Shown: positions 25,451-38,849, numbered from the stretch's first letter. The stretch: DNA of 64,000 nt from Hamiltosporidium tvaerminnensis FI-OER-3-3 (GCA_022605425.2 CM061252.1:744001-808000); one strand, 5' to 3'. A program made the numbers and translations. The notes: a model not told the origin generated them from the sequence alone.

Positions 25451-26199
25451 CTGAATCAATAAACAAATCACCCGCAATACCGAGTTATAACATATTAAAA
25501 AAAGCAAATAAATACTTCCATTTTTTCATCTTCTACACCGCGTGGTAAATGAGGAATGAAATAAGTAGGCAGGTAAGATTTACATGTTAATTATTGAAAC
25601 CTCTAAATATAATGCTTAGAATAGACATTGATTCTAATTTTCCATTAAACTTGCTCCGACGGCAGAAACTCGATAAATAATATTTTTTAAATTTTGGCCG
25701 CCAACATACGGAATTTTTCCTCCGTTGATTTTAACATTTTGAAAATAAGTAGCCGCAAATATTTATTAGAATTCTATAAATAACACAGTATGAACATATA
25801 AAAAGCCGAATTCGCAATTATGGCTTGATTAATTCTTAGTTTATAAGCCAGAAAGAACTACTGCTCATTTTTTTGTTGAAATTATTTAAATTCAAACAAA
25901 AAAATTAAAAATGATTAAAAAATCGTTAAATGGTGATTATAGATTAAATACATCGATCTGGGTTAAAAATATGCTACAATCTGTATCAAACTAGTAGCAG
26001 TTAGAATCGGAAATTCAGATTGGAACTAATACAGAATTCACATACTTTAAAAAGGCATGTCTAACTGATTTTTATCGTAATTTTCATACGAAGAGGTTTA
26101 GAAAGACCTATTCTCACTATATTTTTTCAAAATTACCATAAAGATAAATAATGCGCAAGCAAACGAATCTATTTCGTACATAGACAAAAATATAAACAA

Positions 26200-28650
26200 A
26201 TTTAAAAGCAAAAAATTACTTCATTCCGAAACAAACCAACTCATAGATCTGAAATTGGCAAATATAGGCGTTTTTTTTGCCAAATGTAATTTTTAGACTG
26301 ACTGCATGTAATCTGACTTTTAAATATAAATGTTATTTCATTGAATCGAAAGAATGAAAATTGAAATACTATGCACAAAGAATATGAAACGCATTCGCGC
26401 TTTTTTATCATTTTTTCCCAGCATTTATAAAATTATATTTTCATACAGATTTATACCATCATGTTTACTGTTTTACAATAGTATGATATAAACAGCTTTT
26501 ATTTCAATTGAGTAAATTATATCTCAAAATAATTTTGTATGTGAAGTCCATTTATCAAATCGGAGCTTTAATCTTAACTTGTCTGTCAAATCTCTTTTCA
26601 AGGAATTCATGTTTTTCAAGAAAAAATATTTTATCAAAACAATGTACAATATATTAACAATGAGAAAACAATTATGTACGAGTGTGTATTTCTTTAACCA
26701 GAAGTTGGTTTCTTTATAAGAAGTTTATGTTATTGTTTTCTGTATATATTTTTTTTTAACGATTCTAGTAGGCTTGAAGTAAACATATATGTTGCCTGGC
26801 ATTTAATAACCAAAAAATCGATATTAGTCAACTAATTGAGACAATATAAATTTACATAGCATTAAATATTATACATCAAAGCAGCAAAGAACTGAATGAA
26901 TACTCAAAATTTTTGTACAATGAAAATAGAATGCCTAGATCATTCACATAGAGGGTATATGGTGCTACTAGAACTGAAACATTTTTATAACTTAGAAATG
27001 GTAAATATTCAAAAAGAGTTGATTATCGAAGCAGGCAAAAATTAAACAATCCTATAGTTTAAAAATTTGTTGGTTAAGAAAGATTCTCATAAAAATACAA
27101 GAAGTACCCGAAGTATATTTGTTAATGCCCGCTTAAAAAATCCGTTATCGTATTCTTGTTCAAATATCATACTTGATTCGTGAGTCTGCTCAACCAATAG
27201 AAACTGGACCAAAGTCGATATTATATTAAAATGACATTTCATCGTTGAAAATCATCGGAAATGTACATATCCCACTCTTCCGTCAGCACAAAGGCTTCGC
27301 TTTATCACAGCCCAAGCAGTACCACTGGATTTCGTTTATAACAAAAAAACATGGTTGATGACATCTTGGCCGTTCTTAGTAAAATTCTCTTTTTTTAAAG
27401 ACAAAAGTCGCCAGTTTGTGGTGGTCTTTGTACCAAAATCTCTATACAAATAATTTAAATCTATTTGCACAGCTTTTAAGATTTATGTATAACGGAAGAT
27501 AGTGTGATTAATTTTTTATTTGAGCTTTGAAGATTATATTTGGGCATTTTTCTCTATTATTCTATGAAATTAAGTTCCAGGTATCTGCAGATATAAAGTG
27601 TTTCTGTAATAGCAGTTCCGTGTGAATTTGATTCGATGAGAAAGCTAAATATATATGTGTCATCTAGTTTGAATAAAATATTATTTGAGAATCTAACTGA
27701 ATATGCAGGTAGTTTTAGTTTTTTTTCAAAATTGCACATGGTCTTAAGCAATATATAACATAAACCGTATATAAAGGTACAAAATTCAAAAGATATCTAT
27801 CTTATATCTAGCCTGACCATGTCATCTTCAGATTAAAAACTCATCCTTCTCATTCTACATGAATTCTACTTTTTATCAATCATGAGATTTATACCGCAAA
27901 ATCGTTTTTGAATTTTAATTTATTTGCGACTTGCTTTATTTCTATTTCTTGATTTGATACATTTTCTGTTTAAAGCTCATCAAGGTAACCGCATTTAATA
28001 AAATAAAATCAGAAAATTTTTTGCACTTCGACCGCAGTTTTATCTTTTGAAGTCATGACATCAAAAACTCTATAAATTTCATAACGTTTTAGTTTCAAGC
28101 CTATAATTTTTCAAAACTTTAAAGTATTTTATATACATCTAACGCAAGACTAAATAATGCCTTGTTTACTTAGTATAGATTATATACTTGAATACGTATG
28201 GTTTTTATAAAAAAAACCATCTATAGTTTCAGATATACACTTCGCATCTAAAGACTCTTGTATTTTGCCTTTTTTATGAGTAGCAGTATATTTTGCATCA
28301 AAAATATTCGGATTATTATGCAGCAAAAATTTTCGCTGGATTTACATCCTTGAAGTTCAAAACACATTCTAATGGAATAAAAGCAGTTTTCGAAAAGCCT
28401 CAAGCGGACTTAAATTTCAGATTTACGATATATTGATTTGCGATTATTCAGTTCAGGTTTTCTTTGAAATTTATAACTTAACCGCAAGTCACTTGTGTAT
28501 AGATGCTGCCTTTCTTAATATATGCCTTTATATATGTCCAAATTTCTTTAGAATACCCATAAAACTAATTTTGCGTTAAAATACACAATGGTTTAAAAGC
28601 ACAACAATATTTTTCTGTGTTATAGTATTATACTTTGCCTAATTCTTGTA
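26200..28650 (-). mobile_element. Highly decayed Ty3/gypsy pol relic (RT-RNaseH, possibly integrase)
   Basis: Hand-translated minus-strand remnants in the expected order: RIRQS; SKTAFI (~28385); FLLHNNPNIF (PFGL.NAP..F-like); FLIESNSHGTAI (F..ETDAS..AI-like); YKDHHKL (TDH-like). Boundaries approximate. Confidence 0.45.
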
Positions 28651-29364
28651 GTCTATTGTGTGGCCCAACCTTACAATGAAATATACGTTTTACAATAATA
28701 CTAAACGCACAGAATCAGAAGATATGAAAAATAAAAATATAAGAACTTGAAAAGAGTTGAAAGACGAAAAAAGAAAAACAAATTTAAAGTACCTATTTTT
28801 TTAGGCTTCAAGAGATAAATATCTCATATTAGACAAACCAACCCATACCTTTTGTCATTTTCGTTACCTACAAAATCGGATAATATAACCGCCGGCAAAA
28901 TCAATACAATATAACTTCTATGGTACTCAAAGCTGAAATGAGTTCAAGAATCAAATGTACAATGTCACAAAAAACAGAGATGAAAAACCTTTACCATAGA
29001 TGATGCCTTTAGAAGGTATTTTAACAATTGAACACCAAATATATAATAATCGCAAAAATGATTCTAGACTCAATATCCGGTATATATATGCAGATAGAGG
29101 GAAAGATTTACACAATTAGATAATAATGAAAGCTGATTATATCATATACACATATAAATTAAGTTCTGTTATTTTTCTGATTCGAAACATAGTTAACTAG
29201 GTAAACAAATAAAAGGCTAAAATTAAAGTTCTAATACCGAACAAATCAAAGGTAAAAAATATTATAATCGAATCTAAAGGACTAATAATTTACCAAAGCA
29301 GAAACTTATAAAATTTAAAAATCGAAACTTAAAAACAGTACATTAAGCTTATATATCGAAAACG

Positions 29365-31314
29365 CTAACTGTCGAGTTTAATGTTCAAGAAAATAATCTT
29401 TTTTTCACAGATGACTAGAGACCGTTTCATATACCTTTCGGAATATGCTTGATTATTTAATCCAATTTTTATATAATAATTGAATAGAACACAGAGGGCT
29501 TCGCAGATATTTTCCAGATGTTTTACAGCAGTAAAATCAAATAGAAGCATTTTAATTTCTAACTTCTTTAAAAATTTTCTAATTTCAAAATCCAATATTT
29601 TTAAAAAACTAGCATTTTTACTTGATTGAAATTCTTGTTGTAAAGCTTCCTGTCTAAAAAAATCAACGTAACCCAAAATAAGGGCTTTATAAATTATCTT
29701 GAAATCCCGAATAGGATTGTTGTCGCCATTATTAATTGATCCCGAAAAAAGATTTATTAAAAAAGCTGAAATTGATGGGCGAAAGTTTATACTATTCCAA
29801 TCAATAGATTTTTGTTCGCTTATCCTTAATATGTACATACATATTACCCGTGGATCGAGTCTAAGTATACAATCCGTTATGACTCTACAAAGCCCAATAT
29901 ATTTACCGAGAGCGACATGAATATCCTTATTGCAAAACCAAAGGCTATTTTTGATATAATCAAGCATAAATATAGATTCAGGAAAAATTTTAGTTTTGAG
30001 GAAAACGTGCCTCGCTATCGCATCAAATATTTCATATTGTTTTTTTATCAAATAGTTAACATGTGTATTTCCATCGTATGCCTCAAAATCTATGTATTTT
30101 AAGTAACTGGTTCCTACGTATGATCTACTATTCATATATATATTTTTTATTGGAATGATACTAAGTGAATGAACGAATTTAAGCAGTAGAATCCATAAAC
30201 ACGAATTTTTTACCAAATTTATATCGTGACAAATTAAATTTCTAATAAAGTGTTTTATATGTATTAAACCGGTGTAAAATGTCAATATGGGAGAATCATC
30301 ATTACAAAAATTTATTTTCGAAATACAAGCCAGCATTTTTTCTTTTAAGTTATTCATCATTCTTGTATTTTCAGGTCTATTCCAGAACCTTTCTTCCTTT
30401 TCCGCAACGAAATCTAATATTTCGAGAAATGGCCTAAGATCGTTTAGAGAAGCCCTCGGGTCAATATAAAAATCTCCTGATATAAAAGCTTGTATATCCG
30501 CAAAACATATATCTTCGTTTGTGTCCATAAACACGGCATATGATTCTCCCTTTGTGTTTATATTTCTTTGTAAATATTCTCTTTTTTTTAATATTAATTT
30601 AAATTCAAAGCTTTCATTTGTCGTTTCTACCTGTAATTCAGACAGTCGAGGTATTTTTTTGCAAGAAGACTCTTTTGGATTTTCTATATAATCCGAATAA
30701 GAGTGAATAGGAATCGACCGGTCGTCGACTTCTGTTTTTATCGATGTTTCAGAAGTCGTTTCATTGTCGGAAATAACACCATGTTTATTAGGAGAACGAT
30801 TCCAACAACCAGATTCATATGTATTGATTCCTAAATCAGTTTGTTTTTCAATATAATTGCTGCCAGAAGGTGTTAAAAAAACAGACGAACGCTCTGTATC
30901 ACGCTTCTCTGAAAAGGTTCTTTGTGAATCATGTTGTCGCCCATGAGTAGCATAAGGACGATAGCGATTTTTTCTTAGAAACCCATTATTATTTTCTCTT
31001 CCACTTTTATGTAGATTATCTGCGCTTTCAGTAAAATGTTCATTGTCTGATGAGGAAACTGATATGATTTCATGTTCCATATCCCGAGCAGCATCATAGT
31101 AACCAGCGGAAGTCGCTTCATTCTTAAATTCCGTAAATTTTGAATCATCACCAAATATATTATTAGAATAACTTTGGTTTTGCACACTGGTTTCTTGATT
31201 TAAACAGTGATTTGTAACATTATTTTCGAGTGTTAAAGGAAGACTACTATAGCGGCTTGTTAGATTCGAAGAAAAAACTGTGTCAAAAATGTAAAATAAG
31301 CAGGAAGCTATCAT
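29365..31314 (-). CDS. Secreted paralogous-family protein, 649 aa
   Basis: Signal-peptide-like MIASCLFYIFDTVFS, low-complexity N-terminal third, conserved helical C-terminal domain shared with 41573..43552. Confidence 0.9.
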   Translation of the reverse strand: MIASCLFYIFDTVFSSNLTSRYSSLPLTLENNVTNHCLNQETSVQNQSYSNNIFGDDSKFTEFKNEATSAGYYDAARDMEHEIISVSSSDNEHFTESADNLHKSGRENNNGFLRKNRYRPYATHGRQHDSQRTFSEKRDTERSSVFLTPSGSNYIEKQTDLGINTYESGCWNRSPNKHGVISDNETTSETSIKTEVDDRSIPIHSYSDYIENPKESSCKKIPRLSELQVETTNESFEFKLILKKREYLQRNINTKGESYAVFMDTNEDICFADIQAFISGDFYIDPRASLNDLRPFLEILDFVAEKEERFWNRPENTRMMNNLKEKMLACISKINFCNDDSPILTFYTGLIHIKHFIRNLICHDINLVKNSCLWILLLKFVHSLSIIPIKNIYMNSRSYVGTSYLKYIDFEAYDGNTHVNYLIKKQYEIFDAIARHVFLKTKIFPESIFMLDYIKNSLWFCNKDIHVALGKYIGLCRVITDCILRLDPRVICMYILRISEQKSIDWNSINFRPSISAFLINLFSGSINNGDNNPIRDFKIIYKALILGYVDFFRQEALQQEFQSSKNASFLKILDFEIRKFLKKLEIKMLLFDFTAVKHLENICEALCVLFNYYIKIGLNNQAYSERYMKRSLVICEKKIIFLNIKLDS

Positions 31315-31439
31315 GTTTAGTTGGGGATCAAAACATTCCTAAATATATAGAATATATCGATTTAATTTAATTTTTAATTTAAAAATATCGATAAAATGCA
31401 TTAAATTATAATTTTATCTACAATAGCATATCGAAATAA

Positions 31440-33374
31440 GGTTGGACTACTTTCCATGAAGACCAGAGGGAAATTGCAAATTTTTTAGGGGTCAAAATTT
31501 TTTATTTTTACCCCTTTTTTGTCAATTTAATTTTTATTTAATAAAATCATGTAAAATATATTTACAACTTTATTTAAAGTATCACATCTTTTTAAAACAG
31601 TGGCAAGTATTATATTTGTTTTCATCACATTAACGCAGTTCTAGGTTTAACATAAATGACTGCTACCCCAACACTCCATCAGTAACCCCTGCGATACCTA
31701 CGTCAAAGCTTTTCATCTACAAGGTGTGTAAAACCTAATTACTAGGCGAGGCAGTTGCCCGGAGTTCGTTTATGTCCGTTGCATGGAGTGTGATCGAAGG
31801 CCGAAGCTCCCCCAAGACTATGCAGCATTCCCACTTACTCTACACTTTCGGAACCCAATAAACTTCTAGCTAAGATATATTTCAGAGACTTACATGGGGT
31901 CCACCTAGACAGTGCAATGTCATACCAACAGGTATAACCTGCTACTTAGCTCTCCCGGCTTTTAATGGGTTTTATTTTTATATCTCCCAGGCGCAAAGTC
32001 TTCTAACCCGAGTGAGCAAGGCTAGGTTTCCATGCTTATACATGGCAATTACCCACAAGTTCAGCTGCGGTCTGCAATCTGGTTACATAAAAAACTACAA
32101 ATAAATTTGTAGAAAAATTTTCTCTATTTCTTAGACCTCTCCTCCTCATAACAACTCCCATGGAACAACCGAAGATATAGTGTGGTTGTATTTCCACCAA
32201 AAATCCAAACAATGATCTCACAAAAGTTTCACACACTCATTGCCAAGCAGAAAGTTTTTTATGTGGTTATCCTCCCTACACTTAAATCATGTAAAATAAT
32301 ATCCACTTTAATTAAAAAAAAGTTCCAATAATTTTAAAAACAGTTTGCTTTGTGTCTTAAATTGATGATTCTTTCTAAATATATATTCTTAAATGTAATC
32401 ATTCAACTTAAGTCTTTTGCTAAAATTATGTTTTCTTTAAATCCTTTTGGATCTTGACACTAAATCTTCAATTGTGTTTGTATAAATACTTAATTATGAT
32501 ACAAAATTTGTTGAATGGTTCGCACAATTATATAAAAAATCTTGATTCTTTCTAAATATTTATACGTAGAACTGTGTGTATTTGACTATATTGTACTTCT
32601 TTAAGAAATAGAATCATTACAGCATTTTTAAACACTTAACATTATATTTGAAACAATTTGCATATAGAACTTCTTTGTTGTTCTCGAAATAGCTCCAAAC
32701 ACCCATTGATAAACAGTAATACGACCTTTGTTACGCTTTCTTCTGTCCTATTTCTGTTTCGTACATTTGAGCTATTTCTCAGGTCCGACAATTTTTTAAA
32801 GGAATTGAAGCAATTATTTTGGATTAGTAATCTCGGGAATTGCATAGCGTCTGTTAAAATTGCTTCTGAAAAATCATGCGTTTCTTTTATGGCATCTATT
32901 GGCAGTTCAAATGTAAATCCCAAGATGTTATAAATGACACCATGAATTTCAATTCTGAAATTTTCAATCGCACTGAAGCAATATTTGGTATATTTCTTAT
33001 CACAAAACGTACAGCGGAAACGAATCCTTCCGAAAAAACTAAGCCGTTTAGAGTTCTATTACAAACAAAACATGATTTAACTAAATCGTGTTGTTCTAAT
33101 AAAAAATGCTCCTCTAAGTCACTGTCGTTGTTTAATTGCATTTTGGAGATTTTGATAAATAGTTCTCCACTTTTAACAAATATCATATAAACAGAAAATT
33201 TAATTACATTTAAGTGAAAAATTTTAGTGCGAAATTTAAAATTTTAGTAAGGTCGTATATATTTTGAAATTTTCAATTTTATTATTGTAAATGGACAAAA
33301 AAGGGGTAAAAATAAAAAATTTTGATCCCTAAAAAATTTTCATTTTCCCTCTAGCCTTTATCGAAAGTCTAACC
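31440..33374 (-). mobile_element. Merlin DNA transposon, complete ends, dead transposase, carrying a nested SINE-like insertion
   Basis: ~90-bp imperfect TIRs starting GG (31440 ggttggact...ttttaccccttttttgtc; reverse copy ending agtctaacc at 33374). 8-bp TSD cgaaataa (31432-39) / cgaaatag (33375-82). Motifs QWVFGAISRTTKKFYMQIV, NHSTNFV and YTNTIEDL in broken frames. Confidence 0.92.
31559..32283 (-). mobile_element. Structured SINE-like element copy with 15-bp TSD
   Basis: Reverse complement of 52293-53017. aaatcatgtaaaata is duplicated at 31544-31558 and 32284-32298. Confidence 0.93.
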
Positions 33375-33849
33375 CGAAATAGAAATAAGAAATCTTGTAC
33401 AGATATTCCAATGATGTTATATTTAAAAGAATTTTATTTTGTATCACACAAAATATTTTTTGTTTTCGAGGGAAATTATTTATACAATTATTAAGAATAT
33501 ACGCTAAATTATATAAAAAATATGATCGATTTGTACACTCTGGTAACTTAAAGAATTAAAATCTAAAGTAGTGTATGTTTAAAAAATTGAACATATTTCT
33601 CAGATTCAAATAAAAGCTATTTAAAAAGATTCATAAGTAAGAATTCGATACTGTTTGATTTTTAAAAGAGACATAAGGAAATTTATATTCTTTTTAAATT
33701 ATCTTAATATAAGTTTGCCTATTGTATAACTTTAAAATTTTTTTTGATATATGTTAAGATGATGTTTTAAATTTTTAATATAGAGTAAACTATATATTAA
33801 CATGTAATAGATACCGTAAGCCTAGATGAGCAAAGAGAATAACTGTAAT

Positions 33850-35500
33850 TTGGCTTCAAATCTACCTATAAAACAAAGAGGTTTTTAACAGTAAAATAGC
33901 TGCGAAGATTGTGAACCAGTTCCTAAAAAAACATTCATATATCCTGATTAAGTCCATAAATTTATGAAAAAATAAAAAAATATTTAGGCTCTCTATAAGT
34001 TCTTACGAATTAAGCAGAATATAGAAGAGTTTTTTTTCCTATGGCTTGAGCTGAATTACAATGAAAATAATTTAAGAATTTTTGTTCCTAAATTATTTAA
34101 AAGGGTTTAATGTGAATATAAGAATATACAGCTTACCATTTTATGATGCCAAAAAACTATACTTGCTTTATAAGGGTGGGCAAAGGTGTATGTGTTGGAT
34201 GCCAGATTTATTTTTGATAACTTATAGATTATCTTCATTCTATAAGCAACACATGAACTTTATATTCCTTATAAATCAAGATTAACCCGACTAAAAAAAC
34301 ATTTTAATTCAACGGAAATTTATATTACAATATTCCAAATGAAATTTCATTTGATTTTTGATAGAAAGGAAAGGCAAATTAAATTCTTTCAGCTTAGGTT
34401 CTAATTCTTATTTCGGTTCCTTTGTTCGAGGATCGGAAATATTAGGCTTGAAGAGAAATTTCAATAATTGAAATAAATTCTATTGAATCATAAAAAGTAA
34501 ATAAAAACCCTAGGAAATTTGAAATTTTTGTCGATCTTCGAAGAAATTTCTAAATTTCATAACTTTAAAGTATAAAATTACGACTAAAATCTGCAAGTTG
34601 TAGTTTGAAAAGAAATAACATAATATATCAGGCCTAACGTAGAAATATTTTTAACATTTATCAAATATAGTTAGGATTAATTTCGGATTATACACTCGTA
34701 ATAAGAAATACTTAGTTGGGACCGGAATGTAACGCTTAGTTATTAATATTTTATTATACACGAAGTAAAAATCAGGGTTTTCTTTCGTAAAAATTCAAAG
34801 CAACTCTATCAATTTAAAACTCTAGTTATGAAAAATATTCGGAATATTAACTTGCGAAACAAGAATATGCACTCATGGCGGATAGTTTATCTGAAAATAC
34901 ACAGAGAAAAATCTACAGGAAAATAAAAAATCTAGAGATGGGGGAATTAAAACAAATACTCTGTAGCAAAACGACTTTTTACAATCGAATATCTGATTAG
35001 GGAGAAATCATGGAAAAATATCTGAAATGCCACAACCAGCCAATGTATAGAACACATGAAATAAATCTATAGTATAAAAACGAACCATGAAATAATGAGC
35101 TACTCTGATGTTTTCTTAATAGACCCCGGTGATGGAAGCCATTAAACCGGTTTAAAAGTGGTGTTCTGTTACATCTGCTGGAGAATTCTATTCTAAGTAG
35201 CAGAGTAAGATTGACATATGTTAGCAAAACTATATGGTTTTGCTGTGAATCTTGCGATTCAATATTAAAAAATACTCGAAATGGCAATATCTGATATTTG
35301 AATGAAATGGTTAACGTCTAACCTTGCTTCTTCTAATAAATTTAACTATAAATATATGAATATACAAAAGAAAACTTTAGTTCCTCTTTGCAAGAATTCT
35401 TCCTCTATTAGAGGAAATGAGATTAAGTAATTTTTTAAAACCCTCTTATATGAGAGAAATAGACCGAATAATATATTTAAAATAATTTTTTTATAAGATT
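33850..35500 (+). mobile_element. Highly decayed Ty3/gypsy pol relic
   Basis: Remnants in order: FVPK, YSLPFYD (YPLP.ID-like), ALMADSLS (N.VADALS-like, ~34870), CCESC (integrase zinc-finger-like, ~35240). Boundaries approximate. Confidence 0.35.
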
Positions 35501-36504
35501 ACACTATTGAAATCAGAATCGCTTCTTATGAGTTACTCCAAATTCTTAAAACTTCAAAACTAAATAAATATAATTTATTTGTAATAGTTGGAGCATTTCA
35601 AATGGATTATGACTATAATTTCATGTTTCATAAGCTCGCATGGTATTTTAGCTAAACGCAATAAAACTCCATAAAAATGTTTTATATACGTTTATGAAAG
35701 AATATATATGATACTAAAATATACCTAAGAAGCAGAAGAAAGATTTTTCATTTGAGCAATAAAAAGTATAAAAGGAAATAAAAATGTGGAGAAGACATGA
35801 GAAAAAAACATCACAGATAAATAGAAAAAGCTTTTGGACTTAACATCTCATACTTCATACAATATAAAATCTACTGAAATCAAAGATTTGCCCTACCAAA
35901 TAAAAAACGTCAATTGAAAGAATCGTCGAATTTAATAAGATAAAAATAACAAAGTGCATTTTGATGTGAAAACTTCTCAACCACTTTCATATTTGTTTAA
36001 ATATGAGGGAATAATATATTGCACCTTTTAAGATTTCCGATTTTAACTTAAAAAAAGTTTCTTTGATTTAATATATTCTCATTTTTCAATCTTATTATGC
36101 TTTTATTCTTTATAGTCTTAAAAATCTTTTATATCTATATTTGTAAGTTAAGTAATAATAAGCGGTCACTAAATTTTTGTCATAAATAAATTGAATTAAA
36201 TAGTTTCCTGTAGATATTTATATAAAGCGAATGGCAAATATTTAAAGATATAGTAATTTATAAAAATCTAATTTTAGTCCCTAGGTAAATTTATCGATAA
36301 AATATATGTATTAAAAAAGCAAATTAAAAAGTAGGATAAACCTAAAAATTAAATGTTTAAATATAAGCAAAATTAAAAAGTAGTCTGTAAGCTATTTATA
36401 TGATACTTAGGAAAATTTTAAAAAATAATACTTTTGTTTAAAACAGTCTTTCTCACTACATTTTGTGGTTAATACAGTCTTAAATAAAAAAATTATATTT
36501 AATG

Positions 36505-37222
36505 AATTTTTATTGAAAAATATCATATCATCTATTTAAGTGGCAGGTTTAATATTTTTTCATGATACTAGCGCAGCTTTGGATTTCATTATATTAGCTA
36601 TGGCTAGGTCTTTGTGGTATTTTCTACGATATATACATACCGAAATTTTCTACCTATAGAGTATGCAAACAGAGCCATTCAACAGCAAAAAAGTTGCCTA
36701 GAACTCCTAGAGATTTCGTGTCTATTGTGTCATCTTAGGTGAAAATCTACCCGGGGTTCAAAAGCCAGCATATTCCCATTTACTCTACACTATCTTAGTC
36801 GTATAGGATTTATACTGCCATATATCTCTATAGCTTGAGCTGTTTCTTTCTTAGAAGTTACAGTGCCATACCAACAGTAACAGGAAACATTTCTTCCTGA
36901 TTTTTTAAAGGGTAGGTTTTTTTGTTTCTGCCAGACGCTAAGCCTTTTGTCCCAAATTTGCAAGGCTAACTTAGCATTCTTCTAAACGAGAATTAGCCGC
37001 AAGTCAAACTGTGATTTCAATCTTGATACATGAAAAAAACGAACCTATCTTCGTAGAAAAAGTTTCAAACTTTTATAGACCTTCTATTTTTTATACAAAT
37101 TCTTAAGAAAATACCCAAACTTTAATATGGTTTCCTTCTCATCAAAAATTTAAACAAAGATTATCTTTCTAATTCCACATAATCGTTGCTAAGTGATTAT
37201 TTATAGTGTGACTATTCTCGCT
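36505..37222 (-). mobile_element. Old, diverged copy of the structured SINE-like element
   Basis: Colinear blocks gtggcagg, gcagcttt, cagcatattcccatttactctacact, gccataccaacag, gtagaaaaagtttc and ttgctaag match 61186-61942. Confidence 0.8.
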
Positions 37223-37756
37223 TAACGAATATAATGAATCAATTGCCTTTAATAATCCATGTGAAGATATTAGAGTACATATATTATAAAGGTAAAAAGT
37301 TATGTTGGAGAAGATTGAGCTAAAAGTAGAGATTTTATTGTGTGAACGCTGTTAAAATAAAAAAACTCTAGATAATTTAAACGATTCTCAAACGCGAGAA
37401 ATTATTCGTTTATGTAAATAATACAGCTGCAAATATAGAAAATAAAGCATCAAACAAAATACCAAATAATGACTTAATATGACTATAAAGAATAAGAGAA
37501 ATTGTCTTAGCATCCCAGTATAGGAAATTACAGGATAAAAATACAAACTGATCGCAAAAATTAGCCCAAGCACATAAAATATTTTGAAATTGATTTATTG
37601 CAAGTACTATGAAATTACGAAGAAGATACATATTGCGCATAAATTTATAGATTCCGATTCCAATAAAATAATAAAAAATCATTTTTATAAAAAGTTTATT
37701 ACGGTTATTATGCATATTGTGTTATTACAAGATTTTATATTTGTTGTAATACTTAT

Positions 37757-38480
37757 GAGGTAGATGAATATAACCACATAAAAAACCATCTGCTTGGCAA
37801 TGATTAGATTGAATTGTTATAAATATTATTAATATTTTTAATTTTGATAGTAATAAAACCAAATTATATTTCGGTTGCTACGTGAAAATTTGTACGAGAA
37901 GGAGATGTCTACGAAACTGTGAAACGTTTTTAACAAATAAATTTGTAGTTTTTTATATAACCAGATTGTAGACCGTGGAATAATTTGTAGATAATTGGCA
38001 TATAAAAGCATGGAATCTTTCTTTTCTCAAACAGGCTGGATGGATTATCGCCTGGGAGATACAAAAACAAACCTTTTAAACCTGATAAAGCCAAGTAGCA
38101 GGTTATACCTGTTCATATGACATTGCACTATATAGGTGCGCCCATGTAAGTTACCAATATATATCTTGGGTAGAATTTTATAGAACCGGGAATTTTATAG
38201 TATGTAAAAATGCTGCATAGTCTTGGTGGTAGTAGGGGTAGTTTCGACCTAGGATCATACTCCAGCCAACAAACAATCGCGAACTTCTCGCAATGTCCAC
38301 ATATTAATATCATTCTACCCACCTTTTGGATAAAAGGCTTTGAGGTGTTAGTATCCTGGGAGATATCGATGAAGTGTTGAGGGTGCAAATATTTATATGA
38401 ACTTAGTCTGAAATTAACGGGATACAAACAAGTATAAAAATTATTACTATTTCAAAAAGATGTGATATTTTTTTAATAAG
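37757..38480 (+). mobile_element. Diverged copy of the structured SINE-like element
   Basis: taaccacataaaaaaccatctgcttggcaatg ... gtagcaggttatacctgtt ... tgctgcatagtcttgg ... aaaaagatgtgatattt. Confidence 0.88.
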
Positions 38481-38849
38481 ATAAATTCCTAGGCATATTT
38501 CTAATAGTATTTTTGGTAAGAGTCCAATTCAATATACCGCATTCACATAGCAAAGGGCTTTACGGTTTTAACGAATATCTTTACTATTGCTTGAATATGT
38601 TAATTCTAAAAATATCTGAAGGATCATTTGGAACACTATTGAACAGTAATTACAATTCACATAAAATTAATCATTCCATATTTATGATAGTAGCAAAAGA
38701 ATATGTAAACAAAGAGTTTAAAATATTTCATTTATAAATTTTCCAACTGAAGTAAGCAAGGCTATTATTGGACGTAATCGAATCTAGGAAATGTTGTGTA
38801 AATTTCGACATATAAAACGAAAAACACATAAGTAATAGTGAAAATCATA

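Noticed and set aside
31870-32185. ttcagagact and gaagatatagt resembling group I R/S boxes on the opposite strand of the element
   Set aside because: P7 would not pair (gactt/tagtg), both motifs vary in other copies, and G-U and tetraloop polarity favours the other strand.
37410-37715. 101-aa hydrophobic ORF between two element copies
   Set aside because: Composition is typical of random AT-rich sequence, with no recognisable motif or CCC start signal; not called as a gene.
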